Shown: positions 25,976-28,445 of the stretch, in pieces | Numbering within the stretch: the stretch's first letter is position 1 | Layout: every line of letters begins with the position of its first letter | Virus record (IMG/VR): IMGVR_UViG_3300044580_000221 | Location: 1-28,445 of that record | Length of the DNA: 28,445 nucleotides | Strand: one strand, 5' to 3' | Source of the DNA: a virus | Lineage: Duplodnaviria > Caudoviricetes | Program-made: the position numbers and the translations under genes | The notes under the pieces: generated by a model | Databases searched by the model: none | Told to the model about the DNA's origin: nothing | The model's input: only the letters and a program-made list of their open reading frames with translations

Positions 25976-26182
25976 TTATATATTCCGAAGCATTATCTTT
26001 TCCAGGATTGACTTAACACAGGATAGTTGATTCAATGCCTTCTCGACTTTTCTAAGCTTTTTTGCGATTTTCCGCGCTTCTTCCGCGCTCAAGGGACCTT
26101 TGTCATAAAATAACTTTTCCAGTCGTTTCCGCGGGACCCTTATCCAGACAGTTGAAAAACTCAGCAGATGCTTTTCCAACAT
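25976..26182 (-). CDS. Small basic hypothetical protein (68 aa)
   Basis: ATG at 26182 follows AAAGGAG; first gene after terminator copy 1. Confidence 0.55.
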   Translation of the reverse strand: MLEKHLLSFSTVWIRVPRKRLEKLFYDKGPLSAEEARKIAKKLRKVEKALNQLSCVKSILEKIMLRNI

Positions 26183-26207
26183 TTCTTTTCTCCTTTCGGT
26201 AGACAAC

Positions 26208-26262
26208 AAAAAAGGCGCAAGCCGGATACCCGCGCGCTTCGCGCGAAATCCAGACTTGCGCC
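26208..26262 (-). terminator. Long-stem intrinsic terminator, copy 1, ahead of the packaging operon
   Basis: GGCGCAAG...CUUGCGCC followed by UUUUUU. Confidence 0.8.
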
Positions 26263-26283
26263 CTCAAGACTATCTTGTCAGGC
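26260..26283 (-). promoter_or_regulatory. Putative antiterminator hairpin, copy 1
   Basis: GCCU-GA-CAAGA-UAG-UCUUG-A-GGGC, 7 nt after the stop of the 49-aa gene; overlaps the terminator 5' arm. Confidence 0.7.
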
Positions 26284-26290
26284 TATTTAT

Positions 26291-26440
26291 TTATCCGAGG
26301 CTTTCCCGTTTTTCAATAATGTCCCCTTTGGTGATTTTCCCTTCGTGAATCTTGAACTCGATAATCATCGAACCGAACCGCATTTCATCGGCCCGGCGCT
26401 TTAGCTCTTTTATTATCACTTCCTGCTTATCTTCAGGCAT
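26291..26440 (-). CDS. 49-aa YezD/DUF2292-like protein (absent from the ORF track)
   Basis: Translated by hand: MPEDKQEVIIKELKRRADEMRFGSMIIEFKIHEGKITKGDIIEKRESLG; helix-FGS-strand-HEG-strand-EK pattern recalled for DUF2292. Confidence 0.65.
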   Translation of the reverse strand: MPEDKQEVIIKELKRRADEMRFGSMIIEFKIHEGKITKGDIIEKRESLG

Positions 26441-26445
26441 GTTTA

Positions 26446-26664
26446 TTATCTAATGCACTCTCGTATAATGCTTATATTATCCAAAGGGATCATTGCATCT
26501 AAAACCTTTCTATTATCCCGTATCACCAGAAAACGGCTATTTATCTCTACCATGGTGCCAACGAGAATGTCCCTCCGCTGCGCAGGATCTAACGTTTCCC
26601 CACTTAAGACTAATCTGGTTGTTTTTAATTCTACCTTGATCAAACTACCCGCTTCGATAGACAT
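26446..26664 (-). CDS. 72-aa small beta-barrel protein, possibly Sm/Hfq- or SH3-like
   Basis: LVGTMVEINSRFLVIRD...AMIPLDNISIIRE; ATG at 26664 follows GGAAGGGG. Confidence 0.5.
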   Translation of the reverse strand: MSIEAGSLIKVELKTTRLVLSGETLDPAQRRDILVGTMVEINSRFLVIRDNRKVLDAMIPLDNISIIRECIR

Positions 26665-26718
26665 CTTTGTACCCCTTCCATACAAATAATTTCCGTGGTT
26701 CCATGGCCATCTTGGGGA

Positions 26719-28218
26719 TCATATAAGCCCCTTCTTTATCCCCGGATCAATAACAGGCGGGATAGGAGGTGGGACAGCAGCATCCGGCCGTATGATCCGG
26801 CTCTTCCTGGCGGCCAATTCCTCACGGATCTTCTTTATCCGCTCGCGTTCCGCATTGATGAACGACATCGCCGCCTCACGCTGCTCTGGGATAATATTCT
26901 TCTCCGCATTTTCAAGGAATGCTTCGGCGTCTTTTAGGTGCCCCATGTCCGTAAGCATGACGGCTATATTATTATTTAGGCGGAAGTCGTTCTTGCGCAA
27001 CTTCCAGCCCTTAAACCATGTTTCAAGCGCAATGAAGTTATGACCGGCCTTCTTTTCGAGCAATCCTTTCCAGGTATAGCAGGAATAGAGATCCGGGTAG
27101 TTCATGATATTCGAATCAGCCTGGGCCATCTCATCCTTGTAAGCCGGGATATGAAAGATGGTCCTGACGAGGTAGTATACGAAAAATGCAGTCGTTACAA
27201 TCGTCTGGAGGTATAAACCGCTATCCTCTACCGGGATCTTGGCCAGAAGATTACTCATCATCAACATCAGCCCAACCAGAGGAAGGTATATATATCGCTC
27301 TGCGATTGACTGCTGTATTGTTATCACATTGCACCATTGCGAAATAAAAAGCACGAACCAAAACAGACCAAACACGGCCTGGTCAGTATAGATATTCTTG
27401 ATATTGCAAATCAGTATCGACATCACGGTTAAGCCAAGGAAGAAATACCCGTCTATCCTGTGGCATTCCTTGTTGTCTTTATCGCTCAGGCCATAACTGT
27501 AAAGAAACTTATGGTATATCCCGAGCCTAAAAGGCATCAACCCCATCAGAAAATAGTACCCCAGCGTCTTGAAATACAGAATGATCTTCACCGGCTTGAA
27601 GGCGGTCATTATTTTTGTGGATCCTCCCCAGCGCGGCCCGATCAGCTTCTTGTAGTACCACAGAAACGTAAGTGCTCCTGCAGGGATAAGAAATATATAC
27701 CACCAGTAATCCGACAATATGAACATCGCCGGCGTCAAGATGAAATTGAAGTTAGTCGCCGCTATTGCGAAATTGAAAAAGTAAAGTATCGGTGCATAAG
27801 CAGGAAACACCCACATAAGCAGGGCCGTAAGCGTGGCTATTGAATACCCGCGCGCCGACATCCATACGGACCCTTGGGTCCCGGCGGGATTCACGGCAAA
27901 TAACACGGCCGCCATAAAAGAGACTGAATTACTACCAAAGGCATAGTAGATCATAATTGAATTGGCCGCATGGAACAGTAGCGTGAACAGATGCGCCAGC
28001 TTCTTTGACTTCAGGCGCGTATACGAAAAATGCCACCATAGGTATTGAATGGGGTTTGAGGCGGTCAGCTCCGGCGTATAGGCCGGCGGATTGTTTTTGA
28101 TCTTGCGCAGCTTATTGGAATTCTTCCACAGCTGCACGTCGTCCACGCAGAGGCCGTAAAATATCGTCTTCCAGAATACCAAAAGAACGAGAGTGAATAT
28201 CAGGATTGCGGGTATCAT
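26719..28218 (-). CDS. Multi-pass GT-C glycosyltransferase-like protein (TMTC-like) with a C-terminal TPR
   Basis: DD after TM1; LFAVNP...SVWMSAR; IAERYIYLP; many TM helices; TPR-like NNNIAVMLTDMGHLKDAEAFLENA. Confidence 0.75.
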   Translation of the reverse strand: MIPAILIFTLVLLVFWKTIFYGLCVDDVQLWKNSNKLRKIKNNPPAYTPELTASNPIQYLWWHFSYTRLKSKKLAHLFTLLFHAANSIMIYYAFGSNSVSFMAAVLFAVNPAGTQGSVWMSARGYSIATLTALLMWVFPAYAPILYFFNFAIAATNFNFILTPAMFILSDYWWYIFLIPAGALTFLWYYKKLIGPRWGGSTKIMTAFKPVKIILYFKTLGYYFLMGLMPFRLGIYHKFLYSYGLSDKDNKECHRIDGYFFLGLTVMSILICNIKNIYTDQAVFGLFWFVLFISQWCNVITIQQSIAERYIYLPLVGLMLMMSNLLAKIPVEDSGLYLQTIVTTAFFVYYLVRTIFHIPAYKDEMAQADSNIMNYPDLYSCYTWKGLLEKKAGHNFIALETWFKGWKLRKNDFRLNNNIAVMLTDMGHLKDAEAFLENAEKNIIPEQREAAMSFINAERERIKKIREELAARKSRIIRPDAAVPPPIPPVIDPGIKKGLI

Positions 28219-28261
28219 AGCTTTGCTCCTTTCATTGATATAAAGTAATTTTTACCCAGGC

Positions 28262-28322
28262 TGCCGGCCGGAAGGATTTGCTCCTTCACCGCAGGTTATG
28301 CGGCCCGACTGAGCGGCCGGCA
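28262..28322 (-). ncRNA. tRNA-like three-way-junction RNA lacking a D-arm
   Basis: Closing stem UGCCGGCCG/CGGCCGGCA; hairpin GCCGC-AUAACCU-GCGGU; T-arm-like GAAGG-AGCAAAU-CCUUC. Confidence 0.5.
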
Positions 28323-28335
28323 CGCGCTGGCTATT

Positions 28336-28445
28336 CTACTTTACCAGCTCCTTCGGCACCTTCCCCTTGGGAGCGTTCTTGTAAACATATTCCACCAGGA
28401 CCTTCTTGGGCGCCGTTCCCTCCTGGGCGAAGGAAATCCCGAGTT
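28336..28445 (-). CDS. 3' end of a hypothetical CDS, truncated by the window edge
   Basis: Open frame ...LGISFAQEGTAPKKVLVEYVYKNAPKGKVPKELVK*. Confidence 0.5.
   Translation of the reverse strand, partial: LGISFAQEGTAPKKVLVEYVYKNAPKGKVPKELVK

Larger units (their letters stand above)
28..28445 (-). mobile_element. Late arm of a podovirus-like phage/prophage; right end lies beyond the window
   Basis: Collinear TerS-TerL-portal-scaffold-capsid-adaptor-fibre-nozzle-ejection-lysis order, bounded on the left by the dif site. Confidence 0.9.

Noticed and set aside
16074-26283. The two 24-bp motif copies as att or recombination direct repeats
   Set aside because: Recombination would delete essential head genes, and the mismatches fit RNA pairing, with each copy fused to a terminator.
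3402-27843. Numerous plus-strand ORFs in the track
   Set aside because: They are antisense shadows of well-supported minus-strand genes and lack recognisable motifs or SD sites; only 2973..3275 occupies its own gap and has a promoter.
28262-28322. Functional tRNA-Val(AAC) gene
   Set aside because: No D-stem, no TTC in the T-loop, no variable loop and no CCA; kept only as tRNA-like.
1-28445. Host taxonomic assignment
   Set aside because: No host marker genes are present; the dif arms and the TMTC-like gene are not diagnostic.

Overview
The window holds the late (packaging, virion and lysis) arm of a tailed phage or prophage, almost entirely on the minus strand. Read right to left: a TMTC-like GT-C membrane glycosyltransferase, small putative RNA-binding proteins, TerS, TerL, portal, scaffold, major capsid protein, adaptor, fibres, nozzle, a GNAT-like protein, two ejection proteins, a 2247-aa polyvalent protein (RadC/JAB, zincin, LPD38-like), a holin-like cluster, a methyltransferase and an XRE regulator. 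No tape measure, tube or sheath gene is recognisable, so a podovirus-like virion is inferred. The arm ends at a near-canonical 28-bp XerCD dif site (28..55). The best candidate for an undescribed system is an unannotated 49-aa YezD/DUF2292-like gene (26291..26440) followed by a 24-nt RNA hairpin that overlaps, and excludes, an intrinsic terminator. A second copy of this switch lies 10 kb away in the tail genes, with structure-preserving substitutions, which suggests a protein-RNA antitermination system for late genes. Also seen: two genes with leaderless sigma70-type promoters, a D-armless tRNA-like element, and a tandem anti-SD repeat before the capsid gene. All family assignments come from motif recognition by eye; no searches were run.
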